This document shows, one piece after another, positions 44,603 to 57,804 of a stretch of 64,000 nt of DNA; position 1 is the first letter of the stretch, and every line of letters starts with the position of its first letter. Source of the stretch: Tubiluchus corallicola (lineage: Eukaryota; Animalia; Priapulida); assembly GCA_030141605.1 (NCBI GenBank), contig JAQGDQ010000575.1:62001-126000 (forward strand). Reading direction: 5' to 3'. Position numbers and translations under genes: made by a program. Under the pieces are notes generated by a model that saw only the letters and a list, made by a program, of their open reading frames with translations, had not been told where the DNA came from and did no database searches.

Positions 44603-47600
44603 TTATCCAAGAGTCCTGGTACCCAGAGGCGGGCAGTCCTTTGAGTCTAAAAATAAATAATGAGTCTAAAAATAAATAATTGCACAACAATGTTTGGCAA
44701 GTATGCTGTAAAAATATTCACAACATCAACAACATTGGGCATTCAAGTCCAAAGTTTAGTTTACAATTACTGCCACAAGATCTGTTAAGTTTCAGTCAGT
44801 CCAAAATGTAAAATAACGTTTAAATCTTTGAAGCCGAATTCACGAAACTCATGGCAGTTCTGGTAATATAATTAAGCTGTAATTATAATGTAAAAATAAG
44901 TTTTGCAAAAAATAGATAGACTATATTAATAGGCAAATATTAAAGGTAAAAAGCTTCAATCAGAAAGATTTTTGACGCTTTTTGGAACAAATGTTTTATA
45001 AAATTAAGAGGCACTGCGGCTGGTAAGCAAATGGATGAGCGACCACCAAATAGTATTCTTGTGTAGTTTGCTGAGGTCCTTCAGTTATTTTGCTAGGCGG
45101 AGATGTATCCAAATGCAGCAAACACAATTTTGCCGGTTCAGTGTTTTGATTCAGAAGATTTTTCTTACCAAGTAACTGATTATAATAAACGCTTTATTTC
45201 ACAAACATAAATACAAGTACGGTTAACAAATCACACACTTAAATAAACAACGCACAGAGGAACACGTTCCTACAAATACAGGGCTATTTTTAAGCATGTG
45301 TTTAAGCAAGTAATCGGGTTCTAATTCTGTCTACCCACTTAATAGGAAATGGTAACTGGCCTTAGACTACGGCCAAATCACGTTGAAAACACCGGTTCTC
45401 GCCTAATCACCGAAGTTAAGCAACGTAGCGCCTGGTTAGTACTTGGATGGGTGACCACCTAGGAATGTCAGGTGCTGTAGGCTTGCGGGATGCCCACACT
45501 GTATCTCGACACTAGGCGGAGGAGCTGCACAAGCAGCCAATGGCTAGAGGGCGGAGGTGGTCAAGTGACCCAACGGCCATGTGTAGAGGAGTAAACCTTC
45601 CAAATCAGGAGAGGAGCCCCGAAGGCGGACCAGTAGTGCAGCATGCTCACTGACTCCAGCAGCTCCTGTGGCCAACCTGGTTCCAAACGTATCGTTCCGC
45701 TTTCCTTTGAACTACACCAGGGAGGAAGAGAGGGGGTTCCGGTTGTCTGGGCAACTCAGGATCTCCATACACCTTGCCCAGGTATGCGCCCTGGAGGCGT
45801 TCAAGGAACGCACTGCTCAGCCACAGTCGACGCTGCAGCTCCATCAATGTGATCAATAACTGACTCTCTTGGCGCACACTTCCGAGACAGAAGGATGCCA
45901 ACAACAAACAAGCCTTGTTTAGGGCAATTTGTTTCAACAAAACCCTAGGGTCGGATGCAGAGACGAAGGGGAGAGCAGAAAGGAAAGTGAAAGGATTACA
46001 TACCAATCATTGTTTGTATCTCATGTACAATCTTGCTGAGGAAATCACACCTCTTTGTCATAGAGCCACCTTCTTTCACCTCAAATTCATCACCAATGTT
46101 GAGGTACATTCGTTCTTCTGTTGTAAACTCTGGCCACCACGCTGTATCCATAGCGCCACCTTCATTAGGATTTCTGAGACAAAACAACGCTCAATTAGTA
46201 GACACATTTTGACTATACAGTGGGCGTTCATTATTATTATTCAATTGTTGATGCTTTTTGGTATTATTGTTGAAACTATTGTCTTCTGCTGCAGTAACTG
46301 TTGTTGCTGCTACTGTAGCTGTTGATGTTTCTGTTGCTGTCATTCGTGGTTGATGTCTCTGTTGTTGTCATTCGTGGTTGATGTCTATGTTGCTGTCACT
46401 CGTGGTTGATGTCTCTGTTGCTGTCATTCGTGGTTGATGTCTCTGTTGCTGTCACTCGTGGTTGATGTCTATGTTGCTGTCACTCGTGGTTGATGTCTAT
46501 GTTGCTGTCATTCGTGGTTGATGTCTATGTTGCTGTCATTCGTGGTTGATGTCTCTGTTGTTGTCATTCGTGGTTGATGTCTCTATTGTTGTCATTCGTG
46601 GTTGATGTCTCTGTTGTTGTCATTCTTGGTTGATGTCTCTGTTGCTGTCACTCGTGGTTGATGTCTCTGTTGTTGTCGATGTCGTTGTTAGCGACGTTAT
46701 TGTTTTTTCTTACTGTCACTATGCTGTTGCTGCAGTTTCTCTTTTTGTTCTTGTTGCTGTTGCTGCTGCTGCTTTTGCTATCTTTGATTGCATTTTCATC
46801 CTTCAGTTATTTAAAGTTGATTAGAGAATTTTAAACAGATCAACTTGCTAAGTAAAATAGTAACAATGTAATTTCACTACTATTCATGAGTGAAATAGCT
46901 ACAGTGTCATCCCAATGATCACATACATCCATTGAAGGATGGCTTGACTAGTTGACCTTCTTGGTCTTTCGCCATCCTATTTCGATTCTGATAATTAAAT
47001 ACATTTACTTGCCTCAGTTATATCATGAATATGGAAATAAATGCACGTCTTGAATTGAATTGAATTTACTATCCGACGTCCTTTAACTAATGAATACAGA
47101 TTTCCTTTTTAATACACTGATGTATTATGGTACTTTCACACGGTATAGTCTGTACTGTTACTCAAAAAAGTTTTTTGTTCTCCAAACTCACCCATTTTTT
47201 GCAAAATTATGGAAGTACGTCATCAAGGATTTGCTGATAGTTCTTTCATAATCGGTAAAGTTAGCTGTGGTGATAAGAGGCGATCCTAACATAAAGTCCA
47301 AATCGTCTCCATGTGCTACTCCAAACCACTCTGGCCAGTGTGTACCAACTGGCGGATGGTCAAACGTGTACCAGTAAACATGACCACCTCTGTCAGACCA
47401 GCGTTCAGCAAACTCCAAAGAAGGGCAGATAAAGTAATAGTCACTGTAAAAGTTTGAAAGTGCCTTGATACACTGTTCATCGCCATAGGGATATTCGATA
47501 TATGTATGAGCTACAATTTTCTGTACTATTTCATCTTTATAAAACTCACTGATGGCAGTGACGTATTCGGTGTCGCTGCAGTTGGGATCGTGGTTTGTTG

Positions 47601-48690
47601 GTAGCAGCTTCAGCCCAGTTGTTAAATGAAACACAGAACCCTCATCTTTTGTTAAGGAAATAATAACAGGAATTTCAACATTTGCTTCGTCAATGGCGCT
47701 CTCTGGTGGCAATATCAGGAACTCACCATCAAGAGTTGGGACCATTCCTCTGCCATGCATGCCACCAGGCTTTGGCACTGTGTACTGCAAAATGTTTATT
47801 GCCGAGGCATTGGCTTCTCTCATACAAGACATGTCAACAATGTGGTCTTCCACACATCCCAGTGAGTCGGCAATGCTTGTAGAAACCGCAAGGGCGTCCT
47901 CGGGTTTTTCATAACACCAGTTGTCCTTCCATTCATTTGGGGCTCCGCTTTGCATGATAGCTGAAGAAAATAACCCTTTACTAAGGGAAGAGATGAGATG
48001 GTAACCCACACTTGCTCCTCCAGCACTGAATCCCTCAATAGCAATCCTGTTTTTATCCCCACCAAAAGCTTCAATATTATCGTGCACCCACTGAAGTGCC
48101 ATAACCTGGTCAAACAAGCCTTGATTTCCTGGTGATTCCGTGTTGTTTAGAAACATGAAACCAAATGGACCAAGTCTATAGTTGATGGTGACTATGATTG
48201 TGTTTGCAAAGGACGGATTAATGGTTCCATCTATCAACTTCATACTCGCTGCTCCAGCCACGAAGCCACCACCATGAATAAGGACAACCGTTGGTAGACC
48301 TTTAGCATCTTGTGGAGCAAACACGTTCAAGTAGAGACAGTCTTCACTTACTTTAGTAGTGAGATCATATTTATCTGTTGTCTTTAGCTCCTCTCCCCAG
48401 TTCTCATACAAATCCTGAAACTGGAAACAAGAATTGTGTGGCGTTGTCGCCTGTTTTCTTCCTTTCCATGGCTTTACAGGCAATGGTCTGGCAAATCTGA
48501 AGTTACCAACTGGAGGCTCTGCAAAAGGAATTCCTAGGAACGTACGAATTCTTTTATCAAGCACTTCTTGCACAAAGCCTTGTACTCGACCTGTGGTTGT
48601 CTTGACAACTGGTCTTTTTTCCAATTCACTTGCTGAGGCTAAGGAAAGAAAGCAGCTGACGAGGCAAACTTGTAGAACGAACCTTTGCAT
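44603..48690 (-). CDS. Cholinesterase-like carboxylesterase 4, predicted secreted, about 570 aa
   Basis: Exons 48690-47192, 46173-46004 and 44646-44603; EGFSAG, KDEG, VAHGDD; last exon DSKDCPPLGTRTLG*. Confidence 0.9.
45365..45906 (+). mobile_element. 5S rRNA-derived SINE (duplication paralog of 37482-38023)
   Basis: Near-identical sequence and identical flanks to the 37482 copy. Confidence 0.9.
46321..46676. repeat. 28-bp minisatellite, about 12-13 copies
   Basis: Unit GTTGATGTCTCTGTTGCTGTCATTCGTG. Confidence 0.93.
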
Positions 48691-48743
48691 GGTGGAGATT
48701 CTGCTAAAGCAAAGAAAAACACGTTATTTTTTTATACATTACA

Positions 48744-49268
48744 TATCTACGGCCATATCACGTTGAAAACACCGGTTCTCTTCTGATCACCGAAGTTAAG
48801 CAACGTAGCGGCAGGTTAGTACTTGGATGGGTGACCGCCTAGGAATACCAGGTGCTGTAGACTTGCGGGATACCCACACTGTATCTCGACACTAGGTGGA
48901 GGAGCTGCACAAGCAGCCAACGGCTAGAGGGTGGAGGAGATCAAGTGACCCAACGGCCATGTGTAGAGGAGTAAACCTTCCAAATTAGGAGTGGAGCCCC
49001 GAAGGCAGACAAGTGCAGCATGCTCACTGACTCCGGCAGCTCCTGCAGCCGATCTGGTGCCAAACATATCGCTCCGCTTTCCTTTGGACTACACCAGGGA
49101 GGAAGAGAGGAGGTTCCTGTTGTCTGGGCAACTCAGGATACACCTTGCCCAGGCAGTGCGCCCTGGAGAGGCCACTCCAGTGGTTCAAGGAGCTCCATCA
49201 ATGTGATCAATAACTAACTCTCTTGGCGCACACTCCATTGACTTCCGAGACAGAAGGATGACAACAAG
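48744..49268 (+). mobile_element. 5S rRNA-derived SINE, independent insertion with perfect 11-bp TSD
   Basis: Full 5S head (48745-48864), body variant, ACAACAAG tail; TSD TATACATTACA at 48733-48743 and 49269-49279. Confidence 0.93.
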
Positions 49269-49766
49269 TATACATTACACGTTCAGTCCTCATAAATGAG
49301 GTTTTCAGTACGAAGAATTAAAAAATTAAAAATATTCAATATAAAAAATAAAGTATCCTAATTAATATTACATAAAAGAACGGTTGTAAAGCTTGATTAG
49401 AGTTGAAAACAAAATTAGATACATTGTAACTAACCACTATTTATAAGTAATTCAATGAGTTTCTTTTTAAATATTTCAAATTTTATAATTTTACTTAATT
49501 CAATTTTGATTGCATGTTGATAGTAATGCTGGCTTGTACTAACTATAAACCGTCTTGTACCAGTATTAGATTTTACAGTTGGAATAAAAAGCAAATTTGA
49601 CTGTTTAGTGGTACGACAGATCATATTACAGTTGAAATTTAGCTGATTATAGATGTACGATATACTTGATAGATTATATCCTCGATATACGATATAGATT
49701 ATAGATATACTTGATAGATTGTCTGATTTACGTATTTGTTTCATGATCTTCCCTTTTTTACTATTC

Positions 49767-49988
49767 ATAGTGCAACTAGACATTGTTGCAACTAGAGATA
49801 GTGCAACTAGATATTGTTGCAACTAGAGATAATGCAACTAGATATTGTTGCAACTAGAGATAGTGTAACTAGATATTGTTGCAACTAGAGATAATGCAAC
49901 TAGATATTGTTGCAACTAGAGATAGTGCAACTAGATATCGTTGCAACTGGAGATAGTGCAACTAGATATTGCTGCAACTAGAGATAGT
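49767..49988. repeat. 31-bp minisatellite, about 7 copies (paralog of 42400-42931)
   Basis: Same unit and same flanks. Confidence 0.95.
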
Positions 49989-50147
49989 ACGCAAGTGCTA
50001 TATACTGTAACAAATTCAAAACAAAAAGAACCAGAAAAAATGAAGGTGCTGTAAAGATAGCTATCTTAAGCAGCCAATATGAAACTAAACTGTACCATAT
50101 TCCTTAGTTAAGATATCACAGAAAAACGTACTTTGTTTAACACTTAC

Positions 50148-50258
50148 CCCGATGGTTCAATTTGTTTCCATCCAATGCACAAGCTTGCCACAGTCTGATG
50201 ATCCTAAACCTAAGTCTGTAAGTGCCTGGCCAGCAGCTGAATACTGGTGGGATCAAGG
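50148..50258 (-). promoter_or_regulatory. Putative non-coding first exon and promoter of esterase gene 4
   Basis: Donor at 50146-50147; GATCAAGG at 50251-50258. Confidence 0.55.
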
Positions 50259-51448
50259 TTAAAGCGTTTTTAAGTAGGTTTATAAATAAACTGTTGCTTC
50301 TTACCGAGTGGTTTCTGGATTCAGTTGGTTTTACTTGCAAACTCCCCTCATAATGACAGAATGGGGGCATTTGAGCCCACACTGTGAAGCTGCGAATGGC
50401 AAAGAAGTTGTAAGTGTGTGATGACCTAGCAAGTGTTCCATTGTTGCGATGGGACAACATTGTTCTTATTATTGTTGTTGTGAATAGGAGACTGTTTGAG
50501 AGAATGCTTGTTTGTGTAATGTGAAGAGATTGGGCGAAATTACAAGAGTAAAAGTTGTCTATTTCGTCATTGGGGGAAAGTCTAAAATTTAGCATATTGA
50601 TAGCATGTCGGGGGGAGAAATTCTAACTGCCATTTTTATTTCTTACACGTCTCTAGATTATGATAGCCCTTGCCACATGGCAGCTTAGTACTGGTATGGG
50701 CCTATTTGGTTGCTTATGTAATGAGCAGATTAAACAATTACTTGTGATGTATTAGAAACACTAAAAAAAACTGGTTTCTACAAAGTCATTATTAATTACA
50801 TATATTTGCATAGCGCTTATATTGAAGCAGGCTGCTTAACTGCTTGTTGTGTAATATCTTGCACATACTTGTTATGTGGCACTTATATAAAAGCTGTGCT
50901 CAGTAACTGCCTGTGGTGTGTTATAAAAAGCGCCCTTTACATGAATATGAAAATATACACATTTTATGAGGAGAATAAGAATTTTTTCTAAAATGTGACT
51001 CCCTGTAACTTTGGTGCCCTAGGCTATAGCCCAGTTAGCCTGTTGGTTAATACGCCCGTGGGTATCAGATAATCAGGACTGAACTGCGTCATGATCTTCA
51101 TCGTCATGCTTATGTGGTTATGCATTAAAGGAAGACAGGATGATTTTTTATAACCTGTTCTATATTAAAGAAAGGTAAAAAAATATGCTTTCTACCACCA
51201 ATAATAATACAAAATGGTTTCTGATAAGTAATAGCTTAAAAACTTAACTATCGGATAGCAAACGCAGTAAGTGATGACGTAAAAACTGAACGTGGTTTTA
51301 ACAGCCGAAATAGTCCACAAGAGTATTGAGCGAATGTGAAAATTGAAATGCAATGCTACTGCCACAAAAATGACTGTGATATACCCAAAAACTGGGCAAA
51401 TTTATGCTCAAAAATCAAAATTCCAAGTTTACCGTTTACCAGAATTTA

Positions 51449-51740
51449 CGAGCAAGTGGTTTGTTCTAGTGTTAACGAATCCGCCTTCCGTCTGGGAGGT
51501 CGTCAGTTCGATACAGCAGCTGGGTCATACCAAAGACTTTAAAAATGGTACTAGCTGCTGCCCTACCTGGCGCGTGGTATTTAGGGTAAAGTGGGGTAAT
51601 AATAATCTCTGTTATGTAGTTGTAGTTTGCTATTTACAGTCGGCGATAATAGCTCTTTGAGCTAATGTTAATTGTTTATCCAAAATCCGACTTTAAATAA
51701 AGATTATGATTATTATTTGATGATAATAATTATTATTATC
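51449..51740 (+). mobile_element. tRNA-derived SINE with a Meta-domain-like core
   Basis: B box GTTCGATAC (51506-51514), then GGTCATACCAAAGACTTTAAAAATGGTACTAGCTGCTGCCCT.CCTGGCGC, resembling the MetaSINE central domain as recalled; ATT-rich tail. Confidence 0.65.
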
Positions 51741-51789
51741 ACCAGAAACGAACTGAGAGGTACCTGCTTTTTGCGGTAGACATTTCGAA

Positions 51790-51973
51790 AATGCAGGCGC
51801 TGTGTCCATCTAACTAGCGAATGCAGGCGTTGTCTCCATCTAACTAGCGAATGCAGGCGTTGTGTCCACGTAACTAGCGAATGCAGGCGTTGTGTCCATC
51901 TAACTAGCGAATGCAGGCGTTGTGTCCATCTAACTAGCGAATGCAGGCGCAGTGTCCATCGAACTAGCGAATG
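51790..51973. repeat. 30-bp minisatellite, 6 copies
   Basis: Unit AATGCAGGCGTTGTGTCCATCTAACTAGCG. Confidence 0.95.
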
Positions 51974-52820
51974 GCAAAATCTAATAATTCTTTAAACATG
52001 TATTTATTTTGTTCAGAAAAAAGATTTACAATATTACATGTCATATTTGTAAGAGAAGTAAAATGAAATAGTCCATTAGGACAGAAGGATTTGCCTGTTT
52101 TAAGAAAACATTTTTTTACGTAAGTTACTCTTAAAAAATAACTATGTTCTCTTTCAATATTTTATGCGTTTGATTATTATATCTATAATTTATAAATTTT
52201 GTCCTGTTTTTCTTTAAACTGGGAATCAAAATTTCCCTGATTCAAGCTCATGTTTAAGGCCTCTCGGTTTTTCATATTTCTAACGTTCAACTAACTTTTT
52301 TTTTCAAAAAAGGCCTCTCATACTTTTGGAGTGACGTCTGAAAAATGATAAATAAATAATTATAAAAAACGGATAAATTAACCAGCCATATACACAGGTT
52401 ACATCTAAATCTTATATTTCATGAGAGATAACGTAGCTCTCAATTTATTGTGGGTTGTGAAACCCAGCTTGAGTTTATTGTTTTCATGAAATAAATCCAA
52501 CTTTAAATAAAATTTCTATTTATCTATCTATGTAACATATTCACAAATTAATTCGGACATCTTAAATATTTCATTTTCAATTCGTCACTATGGCCTAAGC
52601 CCTAAATAATGCTTCATAAATAAACTCAGTATGTAAAACATGACAATGAACAATACAAGTTCCGCCACGCACAGCCTGGCAATCACACATGTGAAAACAG
52701 TTCTTTCTAATTCGATAGGACTTCTAAGATTAATACTCATAAAGAATCTGTGTTGAACCAATTTAGTGAAATTAGTCGACACGTTTTTGGATCTTTCGTG
52801 GTTAAGACTTTCTTGCAGCT

Positions 52821-55316
52821 TTACCCTAATGTCATTGTATCCTGGGAAGGACAATCCTTCGCATCTAGAAAATAAAAAATAACTACTTTTACCTTAAACA
52901 TACCAATTCTATAAAGCCTCTATTGCATCACATTTGACTTTTCAGACAGCGACGAAGCGAGGGATCGTCTTTATACACAAATTCATCGAGAGCAGGGCTG
53001 TGCGATATACAATATACAACATTCCATATATGAGTTTCATTCATTACATCAGGAATTTTAAGCACTAACGTTTTTTTTATCACGATTCACTTTAAATTTT
53101 CAGATTATCTTCATTACTTTTTTCTCCATCACTGTGTGGGACAATCTAACAAGCCCTGCTTTTTGAAGGCCCACAACACATTTACCTTCGTGTATAAGTG
53201 AATAGTGCTTGAGGCTTTTTCTGTGCAGTATTTTTTATTTGTATTATATCCATTGTAGGCCCTTTCACTAGATATTGAGAAACAAATTCATAAGAAAAAC
53301 AAATGAGAGGAAAAAGGGCAAGACAAGCTACGATACAGAAACTTCAAGAGAAAACATGGAACATGTCCACCACTAATTATACCAGACTTAATTAATTTTA
53401 ACTACTTACCAATCATAGATTGTATCTCGGGTACAACTTTACTGAGAAAATCGCATTCCTTTGTTCTGGTACCACCTTCTTTCACTTGAATCTCATCACC
53501 AATGTTTAGGTATCTTCGTTCTGCTGCTGTGAATTCTGGCCACCACACGATATCAATGGCACCACCTTCATTAGGGTGTCTAGTAATAGAAAATGCCTTC
53601 AAAAGCTTGTGAAACTGCAGCATAAGTGTATTTCAGCTAATTTTCTAAATAAATATGAAATCATGAGAAAATTAGCCTCCAATAGGACTTATAGAAGTAG
53701 GCACCAATATAGCAATGAAGTTAAACTACGAGCAATTTCAAATATTTCGCTATACTCAAAGGTTCGTTGATCGTTTTCTGTGCCATTCAAAAACTTTGCT
53801 TTTCAACTTACCCTGTCTTTGCAAAATTGTGAAAGTATGTCATCAATGATTTGGTGATATTTACTTCGTGTTCCGTAAATTCTAGCTCTTTTTTCAGAGG
53901 CAATCCAATTATAAACTCCCCATCTTCACCATGTGCAACACCACACCACTCTGGCCACGGAGTGTCAGATGGTCTGTGGTCGAACGTGTACCAGTAAACA
54001 CGACCGCCCCTTTCTGACCAGCGGACTGCAAACTGCATTGATGGACAGAGAAAGTGATAGTCACCAAACTGGTCAGAAAGTGCTCTGATGCATTCTACAT
54101 CACCATAAGGATACTCAATATATGAGTGAGCAACAATTTTCTTGACAATTTCATCGTAATGTTTGTACGACATGCTCGTGGCTGTTGCATACGCGGTCTC
54201 ACTACAGTTTGGCGTATGAAGATCTGGTAACAGATTTAATGCATTATATAACACAAACATAGAACCTTCGTCTTTTGTTACCGAGATTATTACAGGAATA
54301 TCGACATTTGCATCGTCAATGGCGCTCTCTGGTGCGGTTAATAGAAAACTGCCATCAAGAGTTGGCATCATTCCTCTGACTTCTAAGCCCCCAGGTTTCG
54401 GCACTGCATACTGCAATCCATTCAAAGCTGAGGCATTGGCTTCTCTCATACAAGACATGTCAACAATATTATCTTCCACACATCCCAATGCATGAGCAAT
54501 GTTTGTAGAAACGATGAAGGCGTCTTCGGGTTTTTCATAACACCAGTTGTTCTTCCATTCGTTTGGGGCTCCGCTTTGCATGATAGCTGAAGAAAATAAC
54601 CCTTTACTAAGGGGAGAGATGAGATGGTAACCCACACTTGCTCCTCCAGCACTGATTCCTTCAATAGCGATCCTATTTTTATCCCCACCAAAAGCTTCAA
54701 TATTATCGTGCACCCACTGAAGTGCCATAACCTGGTCCAACAAGCCTTGATTTCCTGGTGATTCCGTGTTGTTTAGAAACATGAAACCAAATGGACCAAG
54801 TCTATAGTTGATGGAGACTATAATCGTGCTGGAAAAGGCAGGAGCGATTGTTCCATCCATAAGTTTCATATTTGCTGCACCAGCAGTGAATCCACCACCA
54901 TGGATCGCGACAACTGTTGGCAGTCCTTTAGCATTTTCTGGAGTAAACACGTTCAAGTACAGACAGTCTTCACTTACTGTAGTAGCGAGATCGTATTTAT
55001 CTGTAACTTTCAGTTTTTCTCCTACCAACTCATACATGTTTTGAAACTGATAGCAAGAATTATGAGGCGTTGTCACCTGTTTTCTACCCTTCCATCTCTT
55101 AATTTGTACTGGCTTGGCAAAACGCAAATCACCAAGTGGAGGTTCTGCATAGGGAATACCTAAAAATGTCCGAATTCGTTTACCTAGCGTCTCCTGCACA
55201 AAACCTTGTACTCGTCCCGATGTTGTCTTGACCACTGGTCTTTTCTTTGCTTCCCTTGCTGACAAAGAAGTACCGATGCAAGCCAAGAAGCACAATAGAA
55301 GCCAATTGTGATGCAT
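52821..55316 (-). CDS. Cholinesterase-like carboxylesterase 5, predicted secreted, about 572 aa
   Basis: Exons 55316-53812, 53579-53410 and 52864-52821; signal peptide, EGISAG, KDEG, VAHGED, FAKTG|HPN; last exon DAKDCPSQDTMTLG*. Confidence 0.9.
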
Positions 55317-57382
55317 GATGGCTTTTACTGAAAAGAAAGAAAGAGGAGATGCGAGTAATGCAAATTCAAATCAAACTCAATGTGCAATTACGATATTGCA
55401 ATAGTCAGACATGTTTTCATTCATATAAGTGCATCATACATAATGGTTGGTATTCTGCAGATAAAATACTTAAAACAAAGGGAAGGGCCGACGGAGAACA
55501 TTCGCCACACCATATATCGAAATTATCTCAGGGTACAGAACAGGTAAGAGTCACATTTATGATTGCTTTGAATCTGACAGTGTAATCAACACGGTGAATC
55601 ATAAAATTTCAAAAGAAATTTGTTTTTTGCGCACTGTTTGCTAGAGCGGACAAAATGGCATATACAGGTCTTTCCAAGTTCAAATTAATAATGCTTTATC
55701 CTATCCAACAATTATATGCCCCAGGGGAGTATCTTGGACCTCTTACTTTTTGTCCTACACAGCTACAGTTGATGAATATACATCGTTATGCGGATGAATA
55801 TGCCCTTGCAAATAGTTTTAAGCTAGGTAACTCAGAACATCGTACACTAAACACATTAAAACATACTGCCTCCATAATCACATAATGGAAGGAATGAGAC
55901 AAAGACTGATTATGTTATTTTTGACGAATGTTTATTGTCATCTTTGAATGCTGGTGCTAACAGTGTGCAAACTATAGTAACTCAGTTACATATTTGCGTG
56001 CAGTTCTAGACAATAATTTTAAATTTTAATGCACATGTTCACTTTAGACGTAAAAAGGTAGTAGGGCACTTTTCACGTTTTGCTACGTAAAAAGTGACCC
56101 GTTAGCCTAGGAAGTGCTAGAATTTAATCTTTTTCTAGGATCGGGTTTTCTAACTAAGGTTATTGACATTCACAATTATAATCTGTTAGCTAGTAAGAGA
56201 TTTAATTAATAAATCCTTAGCTTCTATGATATGGGCGATATAAGTTGATCAGAAATAATTTGTGAGTACTTTGATAATTAGAACTAATTAAAGTCTCACT
56301 GATTCCTATATAGAATTGAGCTAGACAATGTACACCACTTTTGAAAAATTTATCGACAAAGCCCTTTATAAATAAAAATATTATCATCTTGCTTATGAAT
56401 CTGCAATGAACTAGCTGAGTCAGCTGGTGGTGCTCCCTTGGTTTGTGCTCAGAATACGAAACTGTTTAAAAGACGTTTAAAAATGTAAATGTTAATGATC
56501 GTTTATCGTTTAAGAGGTACTTGTAAGTAACCTTGGCTCTCTGTGCTTTTATCCGTACTATTTTAACAAGCCCATTTGTTCATAAAATTTAATTTGGTGC
56601 TGTATATACATTTTACCCTGCCTTCATATTTTATACTTTCCTATAAATATGTTTTATTTTTTAATAAAGATGCGTATTAAATAAACGAAAGTAAAATGAA
56701 TTATTCCGCTTTTATAATTTCTTTATATTTTTGTCCACATTCTCTTCTGCTAGTTTAGTGTGGTAAGAAACAGAGATAAAATCTCGCAAGTGTGATTCCG
56801 ATATGCCAACAGCAACGGAAAACAAAAACTGTTGGGTGGATGTGACACTAGATCTGTCGTAGATGACGCCTGCATAAATAGAATGTTTCGTAATTGTCAG
56901 CAACTGTTGTGAAACTCAAAGCTTCTGTGTTGTCATAATTGCTTCGGTGCTAATGAGTTAATGAGTACATTGCTGTTTCATGGTTTTGCATGGTAATCTG
57001 TAATATGAAATTTGATGCAATTACTAAGTTTATTGTTTGTGTATGTTGTAAATAAATAGCAGTTTGTGTGAATAAGCTAATACACAAGTAATTGTAATTT
57101 GAAGTTCAAACTTCAAAGAATTAGCTGGCAATTACTAGTAGGTAACGTTCTGTTAAATGCAGGAAACACTTATCTTTTCTTACCTGTGTGCCACATCCGC
57201 CCAAAATAATTTCATGGTTTCATGAATTTTCTCAATTATGATGCAATTATGAAAAACTATAAACATCGAAATCATTTGGCGTAGTTTCTCGCAAACTCAT
57301 TGTCTCGAAATTCACCTGTCCTACTGATTGTGTTTATGTGAATTTAGCCTTAACGAAAAGCATTTCCCTGGGCTGATATCAA

Positions 57383-57768
57383 TGAGCATTCTCTGCAAGA
57401 AAGCGAATTGAATTTGTGACCTTCGAATTCGAACAAACCGAATTTCAGCACTTTCAAAATTCGAATCGAATTCGAATTCAGTTTTATTTAAAGCGAATTC
57501 AATTTTATTTATTCAATTTTATTTATTTATCTATTTATTTTCGAATTACTCGTAAAAAACGGTTTCACAAAGATCATACATGTTAGTTAATTTTGTACTG
57601 CTGTAAAAGCAATAATAATTTGTTTAAATATTGTGCACAGAAATCGTGGGCTCGCAGCTAAATTGTGCTGACTGCATGAGGTTTCAATGAAGAACGTATA
57701 AGTGTTGAATTATTCGAATCTGTAGTTTTAATTTTGAATCGAATTCGAATGTTCGATGTTCACCCCTA
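57383..57768. mobile_element. hAT-type TTCGAA-rich MITE, left end damaged
   Basis: TGAGCATTCTCT...AAAGCGAATT start and GATGTTCACCCCTA end, homologous to 4022 and 57805. Confidence 0.75.
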
Positions 57769-57804
57769 ATGTCAGTAGGCGCAGTTTCGTGGTTAGTCCG
57801 TGTC

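Larger units (their letters stand above)
43428..50481. repeat. Segmental duplication unit 2b (whole esterase gene 4)
   Basis: Near-identical to 35133-43423 apart from indels and repeat copy numbers. Confidence 0.92.

Noticed and set aside
52588-52854. Hydrophobic ORF as the membrane anchor of gene 5
   Set aside because: Different frame from the spliced terminal exon, no suitable acceptor seen and no counterpart in genes 3/4; AT-rich sequence often translates as hydrophobic.
52993-53158. MITE with CAGGGCT/AGCCCTG ends
   Set aside because: Only 7-9 bp of inverted match and no target-site duplication.
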